This document shows positions 18,092 to 27,308 of a DNA stretch of 32,000 nucleotides, piece by piece. Every line of letters begins with the position of its first letter. The stretch's first letter is position 1. The stretch comes from Fastidiosibacter lacustris (GTDB lineage: Bacteria > Pseudomonadota > Gammaproteobacteria > Francisellales > Francisellaceae). Location of the stretch: NCBI RefSeq assembly GCF_003428155.1, contig NZ_QLIR01000002.1:60001-92000 (forward strand). The letters are read 5' to 3'. The notes beneath the pieces were generated by a model. That model had not been told where the DNA came from. It saw only the letters and a program-made list of their open reading frames with translations, and did not search any database. A program made the position numbers and the translations under genes.

Positions 18092-18120
18092 AATCTAGCA
18101 GTAAAGGATGTCAAAATCAA
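18092..18120 (-). promoter_or_regulatory. candidate sigma70 promoter for the hsdM operon, inside the transposon leader
   Basis: On the minus strand, TTGATT (-35), a 17-nt spacer and TAGATT (-10) lie about 30 nt upstream of the hsdM ATG. An overlapping TTGACA is also present. This is a sequence match only. Confidence 0.25.
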
Positions 18121-18168
18121 TGGCATCATCAACCATAAAAGCCGATATTTAAAATAATATTCAAAAAT

Positions 18169-18194
18169 AAATCAACTATGTAAGCCGAATAGCC
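18169..18194. repeat. terminal inverted repeat (hsdM-proximal end)
   Basis: The reverse complement reads GGCTATTCGGCTTACATAGTTGATTT, matching 9224..9249 at 24/26. A further ATTTTTG match follows if a 9-nt gap is allowed. Confidence 0.7.
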
Positions 18195-18254
18195 TTAATT
18201 AGGTTTCATTGACTGTTTATTGTTAATCATTATTTGATGATGGGAGGAAGTAGG

Positions 18255-19703
18255 TTATGCAAAAAAATGTTCAATCAATTCGCAAGTGTACCAAACTCCA
18301 ACACCACTGATTTCGGTTGGAATAGGAGCAAGCCCACCTTTATGTTTGCAAGAAGCTAAATCCATGTGTAGCCAACGAATTTCTTTGCCTACGAATTGTT
18401 GCAAGAATTTAGCTGCAAGAATATGGTCGGCATTACCCGTTACATAGCATTGTTTTAAGTCAGCGATATCTGATTTCAGTTCTTCTAAATAATGCTTATC
18501 CATTGGGAATGGCCAGACTTTTTCTGCGCATTTTATGCCATATTTGACGAGATTGTGCTGCCAATCATAATTGTTACTGAAAATGGCAGAGTATTCAGTA
18601 CCTAGCGCACGCACTGCCGCCCCTGTTAAGGTTGCATAATCAATCAGTAGATCTGGTTTTTGCTGGCTAGCAAGACAGAGTGCATCGGATAGTACCATTC
18701 GTCCTTCGGCATCGGTATCAACAATTTCAATCGTTTTACCGTTTAAAGCGGTAATGACTTCATTAGGTAAAAAAGCATTTGCACCAATATTATTGGTGGT
18801 AATCGCCAAATAGCAATGCACTTGGAAAGGTACTTGTAAGATGCTTAACGATAGCAAGCTGCCAACTGCAACCGCGCTGCCCATCATATCATCATTCATG
18901 CCATACATATGTTGTGGTTGCTTTAAGCTTACTCCACCTGTATCAAAGCAAATACCTTTGCCGACTAAAGCAATGGTGTTAGTAAACTCCCTTGGTGTAT
19001 AGGATAGCTTAACAATGCCCGCGACTTCTGATGCACGTGCTACTGCACTGAAAGCGCCTGCCCCCATATCTTGAAGTTGTGCTTTGTCATACAGTGTATA
19101 TCCCCAACCTTCTGTTTTAGCCATGTTGGCTAATATTTCAATATAGATAGCGGGGGTTAAATAATTTGTAGGTAAAATAGTAAGATAGCGTGCTAACGCA
19201 TTGCCTTTATGTTTGGCAATAATTTCTAGAAAATCACTTTCGATATAATCGCCAATGATATCAATTTCAGCATTGCATGGCTTATTATCGCGTTTAAAGT
19301 TAGGCATGTTTTGAGTGTGGGCAAGCAGTGCTCGGACACATGCTTCTACTGTTACATTATCTGCGTGATTAGTAATCAAGGCAATGTGTTTGGCTTCTAA
19401 TACATTTGCCTCAGAAAGCAATTTAGAAAGATCCTTTAACCATAAGTAAAGCTCACAATCGCCTAGATTTTGTTTAACAATGATTCGAGTTCCTCTAGCG
19501 TTAGGTAGTTGAGTGAAATAGCCTTTCTTGTCGTGTGGCGCATAATACATTTTGCGCTGATATATCGTTTCTCCATGAGGTAGACTTAACCATTGCTGCT
19601 CGTCATCAGAAATAGCAATAATTACATCATATTGCTGTTGTGTTTGATTATAATCTTGAATAAAGTTTAACCTTGTTGCTGAGAGTGATTGTAGTACGTT
19701 CAT
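18255..19703 (-). CDS. pepA: leucyl aminopeptidase, M17 family (PepA-like)
   Basis: M17 active-site blocks are present: VGKGICFDTGGVSLK and VDTDAEGRMVLSDAL, plus ATLTGA. I chose the ATG at 19703 because AAGGA lies 7 nt upstream. The ORF track's TTG at 19721 is less likely. Confidence 0.88.
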   Translation of the reverse strand: MNVLQSLSATRLNFIQDYNQTQQQYDVIIAISDDEQQWLSLPHGETIYQRKMYYAPHDKKGYFTQLPNARGTRIIVKQNLGDCELYLWLKDLSKLLSEANVLEAKHIALITNHADNVTVEACVRALLAHTQNMPNFKRDNKPCNAEIDIIGDYIESDFLEIIAKHKGNALARYLTILPTNYLTPAIYIEILANMAKTEGWGYTLYDKAQLQDMGAGAFSAVARASEVAGIVKLSYTPREFTNTIALVGKGICFDTGGVSLKQPQHMYGMNDDMMGSAVAVGSLLSLSILQVPFQVHCYLAITTNNIGANAFLPNEVITALNGKTIEIVDTDAEGRMVLSDALCLASQQKPDLLIDYATLTGAAVRALGTEYSAIFSNNYDWQHNLVKYGIKCAEKVWPFPMDKHYLEELKSDIADLKQCYVTGNADHILAAKFLQQFVGKEIRWLHMDLASCKHKGGLAPIPTEISGVGVWYTCELIEHFFA

Positions 19704-19877
19704 TAGTAAGTCCTTAGACAAAAAAACTTTTTGCTAGAATGCCTTAGTATAACGAGACTCACAAGTAGTATAAACCATAATTTTACATATTTTGGGACTT
19801 AAAATAGCCGAAAAATTTAATGCAATGAGTGTACAATATTATGCGCATGTTTTACTATGGCAAGACTAAAAGATACC

Positions 19878-19905
19878 TCATCATTTTAGGTACCTAAAAT
19901 GATGA
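19878..19905. promoter_or_regulatory. perfect 28-bp palindrome in the pepA/map divergent intergenic region
   Basis: TCATCATTTTAGGTACCTAAAATGATGA is exactly self-complementary. It lies 81 nt upstream of the map ATG and 175 nt upstream of the pepA ATG. The palindrome itself is certain; any function is inferred. Confidence 0.35.
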
Positions 19906-19985
19906 TTAAAGTGAGAAAGAATGGCATTGATAACTGATCAATCCATAAAAGCTAATCAACATTCTAAATTAAAGTTTAAGAAAAT

Positions 19986-20786
19986 ATGAGCAATAAGATT
20001 ATTTTAAAAACCCCTGAACAAATTGAGAAAATGCGCGTTGCTGGTCGTTTGGCTGCTGAAGTTTTAGAAATGATTGAACCATATGTGGCAGTTGGTATTA
20101 CAACAGCAGAGCTAGATAAAATTTGTCATGACTACATCGTTGATGTGCAAAAAGCCACTCCTGCACCTTTAAATTATAAAGGTTTTCCTAAGTCGATTTG
20201 TACATCGGTAAACCATGTAGTATGTCATGGTATTCCATCGGATAAGAAGCTTAAAAAAGGCGATATTTTAAATATTGATGTCACGGTGATTAAAGAAGGA
20301 TTTCATGGAGATACCAGTAAGATGTTTTTTGTTGGTGGCAAAGAAAGTGCATCGATTATGGCGCAACGTTTAACAGAGGTGACTTATGAGTGTTTATTAA
20401 AAGCCATTGAGATTGTAAAACCAGGAAATATGTTGTTAGATGTCGCAAACGTGATAGAAAAACATGCCAAATCTCATAACTTTTCAATAGTAGAAGCATT
20501 TTGTGGTCATGGGATTGGTCAAAATTTTCATGAAGAACCACAAGTCTTACATTATGTTTCTAAAAATCCACAGGAGCATAAGTGTTTAAAAACTATCTTA
20601 AAACCAGGAATGACCTTTACGATTGAACCAATGATTAATGCAGGGAAAAAGCAAGTGACGATTTTGCGTGATGGTTGGACGGCAGTAACAAAAGATAAAA
20701 ACCTTTCTGCACAGTGGGAACATACGCTTGTTGTGACTGAATTAGGTTGTGAAGTCTTAACTAAGCGCAAAGATGAAGTGATTTAG
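19986..20786 (+). CDS. map: type I methionine aminopeptidase
   Basis: MetAP-I metal-ligand blocks are present: LNIDVT, FHGDTS, CGHGIG, TIEPM and WEHT. Length is 266 aa. Confidence 0.95.
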   Translation: MSNKIILKTPEQIEKMRVAGRLAAEVLEMIEPYVAVGITTAELDKICHDYIVDVQKATPAPLNYKGFPKSICTSVNHVVCHGIPSDKKLKKGDILNIDVTVIKEGFHGDTSKMFFVGGKESASIMAQRLTEVTYECLLKAIEIVKPGNMLLDVANVIEKHAKSHNFSIVEAFCGHGIGQNFHEEPQVLHYVSKNPQEHKCLKTILKPGMTFTIEPMINAGKKQVTILRDGWTAVTKDKNLSAQWEHTLVVTELGCEVLTKRKDEVI

Positions 20787-20795
20787 AGACATATT

Positions 20796-21638
20796 ATGTT
20801 AAGCCAACGTCAGATCAATGAAGCTTGTCAAATGTTAAAACGAGACGGGCAAGAAATTAGCATTGCTAAAGTGCGTAAGCTCTTGCAAGGGCATTATTCT
20901 TTTTTTGATGTAGCTGACAAAGTTTTGCTTTTTAAAGAAAATCCAGATAAGGCACGTGAGCTTGCCAAAAAAGAGGTTATTATTGAGGATAAAAGACCAA
21001 ACGGTTTAGCTTATGTCATTGATCAAGTGTTACTTACTTGTGCTTTGCATGAACATAAACAAATTACTTTAAACCTTAAAGATAAGTTACAGAATTTTGT
21101 TGATGCTGAAATTAAAAGTAAGACGCATGATTATGAACATAAGCTTAGAAAACTGCGTCAAAAAAATGATCATTTGGAAGTAAACTTTTATAGTCTTCAA
21201 ACCCGTATTTTGCAGCTTATAGAAACTCAAAACGTACTAAAAGAGCAAAATTACAGCTTGCAACAGCAGCTGCAAAAGGCGCTTGCTCAGAAAAACTATC
21301 GCTTACCAGAGGAGCAAAATACCCAAAAACCTGCACAAATTCGTGATTTTCAGACCCAGATATCGTTTTTAAAAGCTGATTGTTGTGCCGTTTATGATAT
21401 TGAGAAGCAGAGAATTGTGGTGAAATTGCCACCAAAGCATAAGTTAGAAAGAGAGTTTCAAAAAGGACTAAATAGCATTTATTTGCGTGCTAACGCTATC
21501 TATGACTTTGAGATGAAGTGTTGGTTTTTAGATCAATTTGAAGCAAAGACGATTAACCTTTTGGTACGTAATAACTTCGTTATTTCTAAAGAGTTGGCTT
21601 ATGTGCTGCAAAAGTTGCAGGAACAAACGACTAATTAA
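20796..21638 (+). CDS. hypothetical coiled-coil protein with KfrA_N-like N-terminus
   Basis: The N-terminal ~45 aa (INEACQMLKRDGQEISIAKVRKLLQGHYSFFDVADKV) follow the KfrA N-terminal DNA-binding pattern. A Q-rich heptad region (LKEQNYSLQQQLQKALAQ) follows. The family assignment is tentative. Confidence 0.5.
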   Translation: MLSQRQINEACQMLKRDGQEISIAKVRKLLQGHYSFFDVADKVLLFKENPDKARELAKKEVIIEDKRPNGLAYVIDQVLLTCALHEHKQITLNLKDKLQNFVDAEIKSKTHDYEHKLRKLRQKNDHLEVNFYSLQTRILQLIETQNVLKEQNYSLQQQLQKALAQKNYRLPEEQNTQKPAQIRDFQTQISFLKADCCAVYDIEKQRIVVKLPPKHKLEREFQKGLNSIYLRANAIYDFEMKCWFLDQFEAKTINLLVRNNFVISKELAYVLQKLQEQTTN

Positions 21639-21702
21639 GACTTTCAAATACATTTGTTAGTGTTAAAATAATCTCATTTTCATGAGTCTAAGGGTGTCGA
21701 TT

Positions 21703-22026
21703 ATGCCGTTTGTAGTAACAGAAAGTTGTATTAAATGTAAGTATGGTGACTGTGTTGAGGTTTGCCCAGTAGATTGTTTTTACGAAGGTGAAAATATGTT
21801 GGTCATTAATCCAGATGAATGCATTGATTGTGCTTTATGTGAGCCTGAATGTCCTGTGAATGCAATTTATTCCGAGGATGAATTGCCAGAAGATCAACTG
21901 GAATTTGTTGAGTTGAATCGAGAACTCTCGCAAGTGTGGGATAATATTACCGAAAAGTGTGAGCCACCTGAGGATGCCGATCAGTGGCGTGACATTAAAG
22001 CCAAGCGTCAATATTTAATCAAGTAG
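21703..22026 (+). CDS. fdxA: 7Fe ferredoxin (FdxA type)
   Basis: [29 protein letters not shown] and [16 protein letters not shown] give the 3Fe-4S and 4Fe-4S cluster motifs. From the ATG at 21703 the length is the canonical 107 aa, and AAGGG lies upstream. Confidence 0.9.
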   Translation: MPFVVTESCIKCKYGDCVEVCPVDCFYEGENMLVINPDECIDCALCEPECPVNAIYSEDELPEDQLEFVELNRELSQVWDNITEKCEPPEDADQWRDIKAKRQYLIK

Positions 22027-22038
22027 GCACGTTTATAA

Positions 22039-22590
22039 ATGTTTAAAAAGAAGCCAGCTTTAGTGATATTGGATCGCGATGGTGTAATCAACGAAGACTC
22101 AGATGCTTATGTTAAATCAAAGGATGAATGGCAACCTATTGTAGGAAGCATTGAGGCGATTAAACTTTTGAAAAAGCATCATATTCCTGTGGCAATTGCT
22201 ACCAATCAATCAGGTATTGCAAGAGGGTTGTTTGATCTTTTTGCTTTGCATGAAATGCACCAAAAACTTTATACACTTTTAGGTCAAGATGCCGATGCCA
22301 TTTGGCATATTGCGTTTTGCCCGCATGTGCCAGAAGATGAGTGCATGTGTCGTAAACCAAAGGTTGGGTTGCTAGAGGAAATTAGTCAAAAACTCAAAAT
22401 TCCATTTAATAAAAAAGTCTACTTTGTGGGAGATAGTTTTAGGGACATTGAAGTTGCATATAATGCAGGATGCATACCTGTTTTGGTTAAATCTGGTAAG
22501 GGACTCAAAACACTTACTACGCATCAAGAGGCATTAAAAGAAGTACCTGTTTTTGACAATTTATATCAATTTGTGGAATCAATTTTATGA
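22039..22590 (+). CDS. gmhB: D-glycero-beta-D-manno-heptose 1,7-bisphosphate 7-phosphatase (HAD-IIIA)
   Basis: HAD motif I is ILDRDGVIN and motif II is ATNQSGI. The Zn-binding CPH...CMCRKP insert and the GDSFRDIE motif are present. Confidence 0.85.
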   Translation: MFKKKPALVILDRDGVINEDSDAYVKSKDEWQPIVGSIEAIKLLKKHHIPVAIATNQSGIARGLFDLFALHEMHQKLYTLLGQDADAIWHIAFCPHVPEDECMCRKPKVGLLEEISQKLKIPFNKKVYFVGDSFRDIEVAYNAGCIPVLVKSGKGLKTLTTHQEALKEVPVFDNLYQFVESIL

Positions 22591-23330
22591 AATTAATACG
22601 CGCTTTATGGCATGGTGTGTTATGGTTAAGACAAATCATTTTTGTTATTTACATCGCATTATTAACATTTATTTTGGCATTAATAACAGTCATTCTAAGC
22701 TTATTGTGTTTGCCTATTCGTATTCGACTCATTCCTGCTCAAATTTGGTCGACCTTAATGCGCTGGGGATTGGTAATTTTTTTGTGGCTTAGAGTCAGAA
22801 TTGAAGGTGAGGAAAACTTATTAAAAGAGCCTTGTATCTATATTTGTAAGCATCAATCATCATGGGAGACAGTAATATTACATGGACTACTTCATAATAT
22901 TTGTTTTGTGTTAAAAGAAGAGCTTTTAAATATTCCATTATTTGGACAAGCATTAAAAGTGGTAGATAGTATTCCTATTGATCGGAAACAAAATCTAAAG
23001 TCCTTTAAGAAGATCTTGCAAATGGGAAAAGAGCGTTTACATTCTGGTTTGAGCATTGTGATTTTCCCTGAAGGTACACGCGTTGCTATAGGGAACTATC
23101 CAAAATTCCATAAAACGGCGATTACCTTAGCTAAGTCAACAGGAGCAATGGTTGTTCCTGTGGCACACAATTCAGGATGCTTTTGGCCAAATAAAGCAGG
23201 ACTCATTAAACCTGGGTTGGTGACACTTTCTATTGGTCAGGCGATTTCATCATCTGAGCTTAATATAGACGAATTAAATAATTATTGTTACCAATGGATC
23301 AACGATAAAGTAAAGCAAATTGGTGGTTAA
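22587..23330 (+). CDS. plsC: 1-acyl-sn-glycerol-3-phosphate (lysophospholipid) acyltransferase
   Basis: An N-terminal TM segment is present. The acyltransferase block I variant is KHQSSWET and block III is FPEGTR. The start overlaps the gmhB stop (ATGA). Confidence 0.8.
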   Translation: MKLIRALWHGVLWLRQIIFVIYIALLTFILALITVILSLLCLPIRIRLIPAQIWSTLMRWGLVIFLWLRVRIEGEENLLKEPCIYICKHQSSWETVILHGLLHNICFVLKEELLNIPLFGQALKVVDSIPIDRKQNLKSFKKILQMGKERLHSGLSIVIFPEGTRVAIGNYPKFHKTAITLAKSTGAMVVPVAHNSGCFWPNKAGLIKPGLVTLSIGQAISSSELNIDELNNYCYQWINDKVKQIGG

Positions 23331-23350
23331 AATTTTAAAAGGATAAAAAA

Positions 23351-24226
23351 ATGAAGATTACAAAGGCGGTTTTTCCTGTTGCGGGTTTAGGGACCAGGTT
23401 TTTACCTGCAACAAAAGCATCACCAAAAGAGATGCTAACAGTTGTAGATAAGCCTTTAATTCAATATGCTGTTGAAGAAGCCATAGAGGCGGGTATTAAT
23501 GAGCTTATTTTTGTAACGAGTACCCATAAACGCGCTATAGAAGATCACTTCGATAAAAATTTTGAATTGGAATATAACCTTGAACAAAAAGGTAAGTTGG
23601 ATTTATTGGAAACTGTGCGCAATATTTTGCCTGCTGATGTTAATTGTGCCTATATTCGACAGAAAGAAGCATTAGGATTAGGGCATGCCGTACTTTGTGC
23701 TAAACCTTTGGTAGGCAATGAACCTTTTGCAGTGTTACTAGCAGATGACTTGATTGACAACGCTAATGGCAAGGGTGCGTTACTACAGATGATGGAGCAA
23801 TATTATTATCAAAAATGTGGTGTAATTGCGGTGCAGGAGGTTTTTAAAAAAGACACAGGTTCCTATGGTATCGTAAAGACAAGAGCTGATAATAGTATCC
23901 AAGCGATTGTTGAAAAACCTAAACCGGAAAGTGCACCTTCGACGAATGCAGTGGTAGGTCGTTATATTCTACCTGGTGAAATATTTGATTATTTGGAAAA
24001 AATTCCTAAGGGTGCAGGTGGTGAAATTCAATTAACGGATGCAATTGCTAAACTTGTTGAATCTCAGCGTTTGGTTGCTTACCATTTTGATGGTACACGC
24101 TATGATTGTGGCGATAAATTGGGTTTCTTGATTGCCAACTTTGAATTGGCTGCACGTGATAAGGTGCTAGGTAAAAAGTTTATGGCTCATGTCGAATCAA
24201 TGTTAAAAAATATTAAGCAAGGATAG
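23351..24226 (+). CDS. galU: UTP--glucose-1-phosphate uridylyltransferase
   Basis: The hallmark N-terminus is [24 protein letters not shown], and VEKP and LTDAI blocks are present. AAAGGA lies before the ATG. Confidence 0.93.
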   Translation: MKITKAVFPVAGLGTRFLPATKASPKEMLTVVDKPLIQYAVEEAIEAGINELIFVTSTHKRAIEDHFDKNFELEYNLEQKGKLDLLETVRNILPADVNCAYIRQKEALGLGHAVLCAKPLVGNEPFAVLLADDLIDNANGKGALLQMMEQYYYQKCGVIAVQEVFKKDTGSYGIVKTRADNSIQAIVEKPKPESAPSTNAVVGRYILPGEIFDYLEKIPKGAGGEIQLTDAIAKLVESQRLVAYHFDGTRYDCGDKLGFLIANFELAARDKVLGKKFMAHVESMLKNIKQG

Positions 24227-24233
24227 GTGTAGT

Positions 24234-24824
24234 GTGAGCCAACAGGGTAAGGTTTATATTGTTTCAGCTCCTTCAGGTGCCGGTAAAACATCTTTACTTA
24301 AAGCATTTATTAAAAATCAAACCAATCTTGGGATTTGTGTATCGCATACAACACGTAAACCACGACCATTAGAAATAAATGGGGTACATTATCATTTTGT
24401 GTCTAAAGATGTATTTGAGCAAATGATTAAGGAAGGTGCATTCATTGAATACGCTCAAGTTTTTGACCATTACTATGGAACGTCTAAAAATGCGATTTCA
24501 GTTTTGACAGAAAAAGGTTTAGATGTAATTTTAGAAATCGATTGGCAAGGAGCAACACAAGCACGAGAAAATTTTAAAAGTAATTGTGTGAGTATTTTTA
24601 TTTTACCACCCTCACTCTCTGCTTTATATGAGCGTTTAAAAAAGCGTGGTCAAGATTCAGATGAGATTATTCAAAGGCGTATGCAAGACGCAAAGAATGA
24701 AGTTTCGCATGCAAATGAATATGATTATGTTATTGTGAACGATGACTTTGATGAGGCACTAAAAGATTTAGAAGCATGTTTTCGTGTTCAAAAATTAAAA
24801 TCTAATTTAGACTATCAATTGTGA
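24234..24824 (+). CDS. gmk: guanylate kinase
   Basis: The P-loop is SAPSGAGKTSL and the GMP-binding block is SHTTRKPRPLEINGVHYHFV. The start is GTG. Confidence 0.95.
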   Translation: MSQQGKVYIVSAPSGAGKTSLLKAFIKNQTNLGICVSHTTRKPRPLEINGVHYHFVSKDVFEQMIKEGAFIEYAQVFDHYYGTSKNAISVLTEKGLDVILEIDWQGATQARENFKSNCVSIFILPPSLSALYERLKKRGQDSDEIIQRRMQDAKNEVSHANEYDYVIVNDDFDEALKDLEACFRVQKLKSNLDYQL

Positions 24825-24848
24825 TCATTAATGTCAGAAAGATAAAAT

Positions 24849-25637
24849 ATGGTAAAAAAAGCGCTTATATTGGCATCGTTGTCATTGAGTCCTCTTATGG
24901 TTAATTCAATGTGTGAGGTGGATAAAATAGATTGTTCTGAATTTTCGTTGTCTCCTGCTATTGGTTATTATAGCTATAGAGAACCTGGCTTGATGAGTAT
25001 TAAGGGACCAAGTATTGCACTTGATGGTAGTTATCAGTATATCGAACGAAATAGAATCACTTTGATGATTGAAGGACAGCTTGGTTTTGTGAATGGCAAA
25101 TATGATGGACGTTTGAATGACAAACAACAAACACCTTTTCAGATGAATAATGATAACAGTTTTATATTTGGCATTTCGCCACGGATAGGTTATTTATTCC
25201 AATTTCCTAAAGTTTTAATTACCGTTACGCCATTTTTAGGATTAGGTTATCGTTATTTAAATAATGATACTTCAAACGACTCACATGGTTATTTGCGAGC
25301 ATCAAATTATTTTTATATACCTATTGGATTACAGTTTACTTGGCTTCATAAAAAACTGGTTCTTGAATCAAAATTAGAGTTTGATTATTTAATCAGAGGT
25401 ATTCAATACATAAGTGTAGATGGGGGTATTGTTAATCAACAACGTGAAGGTTGGGGTGCTAATGGTAATATTTTATTGGGACGTAACCAGGGAAGTTGGA
25501 TGTGGTTGATAGGACCTTATATTAGGTATTGGAAGATACAAACTTCAGATATCGCAAATGGTAATGCAGAAAAAGGATGGTATGAGCCAGAGAATAATAC
25601 ACTAGGTGTAGGAGTGATGGCTAAGTTTGTTTTTTAA
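24849..25637 (+). CDS. hypothetical outer-membrane beta-barrel protein
   Basis: A signal peptide is present. Alternating aromatic/Gly-rich strands run throughout, and the C-terminus is MAKFVF. I recognise no specific family. Confidence 0.5.
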   Translation: MVKKALILASLSLSPLMVNSMCEVDKIDCSEFSLSPAIGYYSYREPGLMSIKGPSIALDGSYQYIERNRITLMIEGQLGFVNGKYDGRLNDKQQTPFQMNNDNSFIFGISPRIGYLFQFPKVLITVTPFLGLGYRYLNNDTSNDSHGYLRASNYFYIPIGLQFTWLHKKLVLESKLEFDYLIRGIQYISVDGGIVNQQREGWGANGNILLGRNQGSWMWLIGPYIRYWKIQTSDIANGNAEKGWYEPENNTLGVGVMAKFVF

Positions 25638-25699
25638 TCATAAACTTCTGGAAAAAAATGCCACTGTCAGTTAGGTTTGTATAGACGGTAGTTTATGGA

Positions 25700-27145
25700 A
25701 TGATCACCATGTGTGAAAAAGAGTTACAATTACCTACTTTACCTAGTATTTTTCTGTGTGTGCTGGCGTCAATGGTCATTTATTTTGTTGCGCTTTTTTT
25801 ACCATTTGGTGAATTTTCTGCATCAGGGAAGCATGCGTTTGCTGTTTTTTGCGTTGCGGTATTTTTATGGATAATTAATATTTTCCCGCTTGCAATTACA
25901 GGTATTATCGTTCTGTTTTTATTACCTGCTTCTGGTGTGATTTTTGCTCAAGATGTATATAGTTATTTTGGTAATTCTGCAACTTTCTTTGTGTTGGGTG
26001 CATTTATTTTAGCAAGTCCAGTTATGCGTTCTGGATTAAGCAAACGTTTAGCGATTACGATTATTTCTAAATTTGGTAAAGGCTCTAAGCGTCTTTGTAT
26101 GTCGATTTTTGGACTTTCAAGTACTATGGCTTTTTTCATTAGTGAACATGCCGTTGTTGCAATGTTATTGCCGATTGTATTGGAAATTGTTACTGCTGCA
26201 AATGTGAATAAAAAGAGTCGATTTGCATTCGCAGCTTATATGGCAATGGCATGGGGGGCAATGATCGGGGGCACTGCAACGTTGTTAGGTGGTGCAAGAG
26301 CGCCTTTGGCATTAGGTATTTTGCAAGATAATTTTGCAACAAATGCTAAGATGGCACACGTTAGTCATATTGGTTTCTTTGAGTGGAGTTTATGGGTAAT
26401 ACCAATTGTGTTAGTTATGCTTTGCCTTGCAAGTATATGTGTGTTGATTATTGCACATAAAAGTGGTGCTAATATCGAGTTAGCAAGACAAAAGTTAATA
26501 GCGCATAAAAAAGAAATTGGACGGGTGACAAAAAGAGAAGTTTTAACTTTAATGGTCGTCTTATTTACAATATTTCTATGGATTTTCTATGGCACGGCAT
26601 GGGGGCTAGATTGGATTTCATTTTTGGGTGTGATTTTGGCTTTTATCTTGCGTATTACCAACTGGAAAGAGATTGAAAGAGATGTGCAGTGGGGTATTAT
26701 TATTATGTATGGTAGTGCGATTGCTTTAAGCGTTGCCTTACGTAATACCGGAGCTGCCCATGAAATGGTACAAGTGATAATAGATTTAGGGATTTCATCA
26801 CCTTTGCTGATTATAGTTTCATTGATTGTTCTGGTAGCTATACTAACTGAGGTAATGAGTAATGCAGCAGCGGTCGCTATATTGCTACCTGTAGGCTTAG
26901 CATTATCTTTAGAGTACGGTATTGATCCAAGAGTGATAACTGTTGGAATTGCCACAGGTGCTGGGTTAACTTTTTTGTTGCCGGTGAGTACTCCGGCAAT
27001 GGCATTGGTGCTTCACTCTGATCATGTTAAAATTCATGCTGTAATGGCATGGGGGATATGGCTAAAAATCTCTAGTATATTAGTGATTATTGTTGCAATT
27101 ATATTTTATTGGCCACTATTGGGTGCACATCTCTTAATACAGTAG
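25700..27145 (+). CDS. SLC13/DASS-type anion (dicarboxylate/sulfate) permease
   Basis: This is a 481-aa polytopic membrane protein with the two-repeat layout. It has a hairpin-tip SN motif (VMSNAAAVAILLPV) characteristic of DASS/ArsB-NhaD superfamily carriers. Confidence 0.75.
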   Translation: MITMCEKELQLPTLPSIFLCVLASMVIYFVALFLPFGEFSASGKHAFAVFCVAVFLWIINIFPLAITGIIVLFLLPASGVIFAQDVYSYFGNSATFFVLGAFILASPVMRSGLSKRLAITIISKFGKGSKRLCMSIFGLSSTMAFFISEHAVVAMLLPIVLEIVTAANVNKKSRFAFAAYMAMAWGAMIGGTATLLGGARAPLALGILQDNFATNAKMAHVSHIGFFEWSLWVIPIVLVMLCLASICVLIIAHKSGANIELARQKLIAHKKEIGRVTKREVLTLMVVLFTIFLWIFYGTAWGLDWISFLGVILAFILRITNWKEIERDVQWGIIIMYGSAIALSVALRNTGAAHEMVQVIIDLGISSPLLIIVSLIVLVAILTEVMSNAAAVAILLPVGLALSLEYGIDPRVITVGIATGAGLTFLLPVSTPAMALVLHSDHVKIHAVMAWGIWLKISSILVIIVAIIFYWPLLGAHLLIQ

Positions 27146-27308
27146 TAGTGGATTTTTTGACTTTGTTGGTATTAAGCTCTGAAAAAGCATAGAGCACGTT
27201 TTCAAGCTACAAAAATAGCGAAATTTCAGTTCTCCATTTATCGCGCCCGTATTTTACAGTAAACTTATGTCGCAAATGTAAGACCAAAGTGAATTAAGGT
27301 AGTGTATT

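Larger units (their letters stand above)
9224..18194 (-). mobile_element. putative ISL3-family transposon (8,971 bp) carrying a type I R-M operon as cargo
   Basis: The termini are 24/26 inverted repeats beginning GGCTATTCGG. There is a single ISL3 transposase at one end. Six co-directional genes fill the interior. The block lies between the 3' ends of the convergent genes ftsH and pepA. I could not identify a target-site duplication. Confidence 0.55.

Noticed and set aside
22553-22792. A 79-aa plus-strand ORF spanning the gmhB/plsC junction.
   Set aside because: It is an alternative frame of two well-supported genes that already abut with an ATGA overlap, and nothing independent supports it.
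22587-23330. The PlsC block I reads HQSSWET (His-x4-Glu) rather than the textbook H-x4-D.
   Set aside because: To my recollection, the HQSxWET variant is widespread in bacterial lysophospholipid acyltransferases, and Glu can substitute for Asp. I do not treat it as an anomaly.
26587-26955. A 122-aa minus-strand ORF inside the SLC13 permease gene.
   Set aside because: It is an antisense shadow of a membrane-protein gene, and its hydrophobic mirror-image composition is expected.
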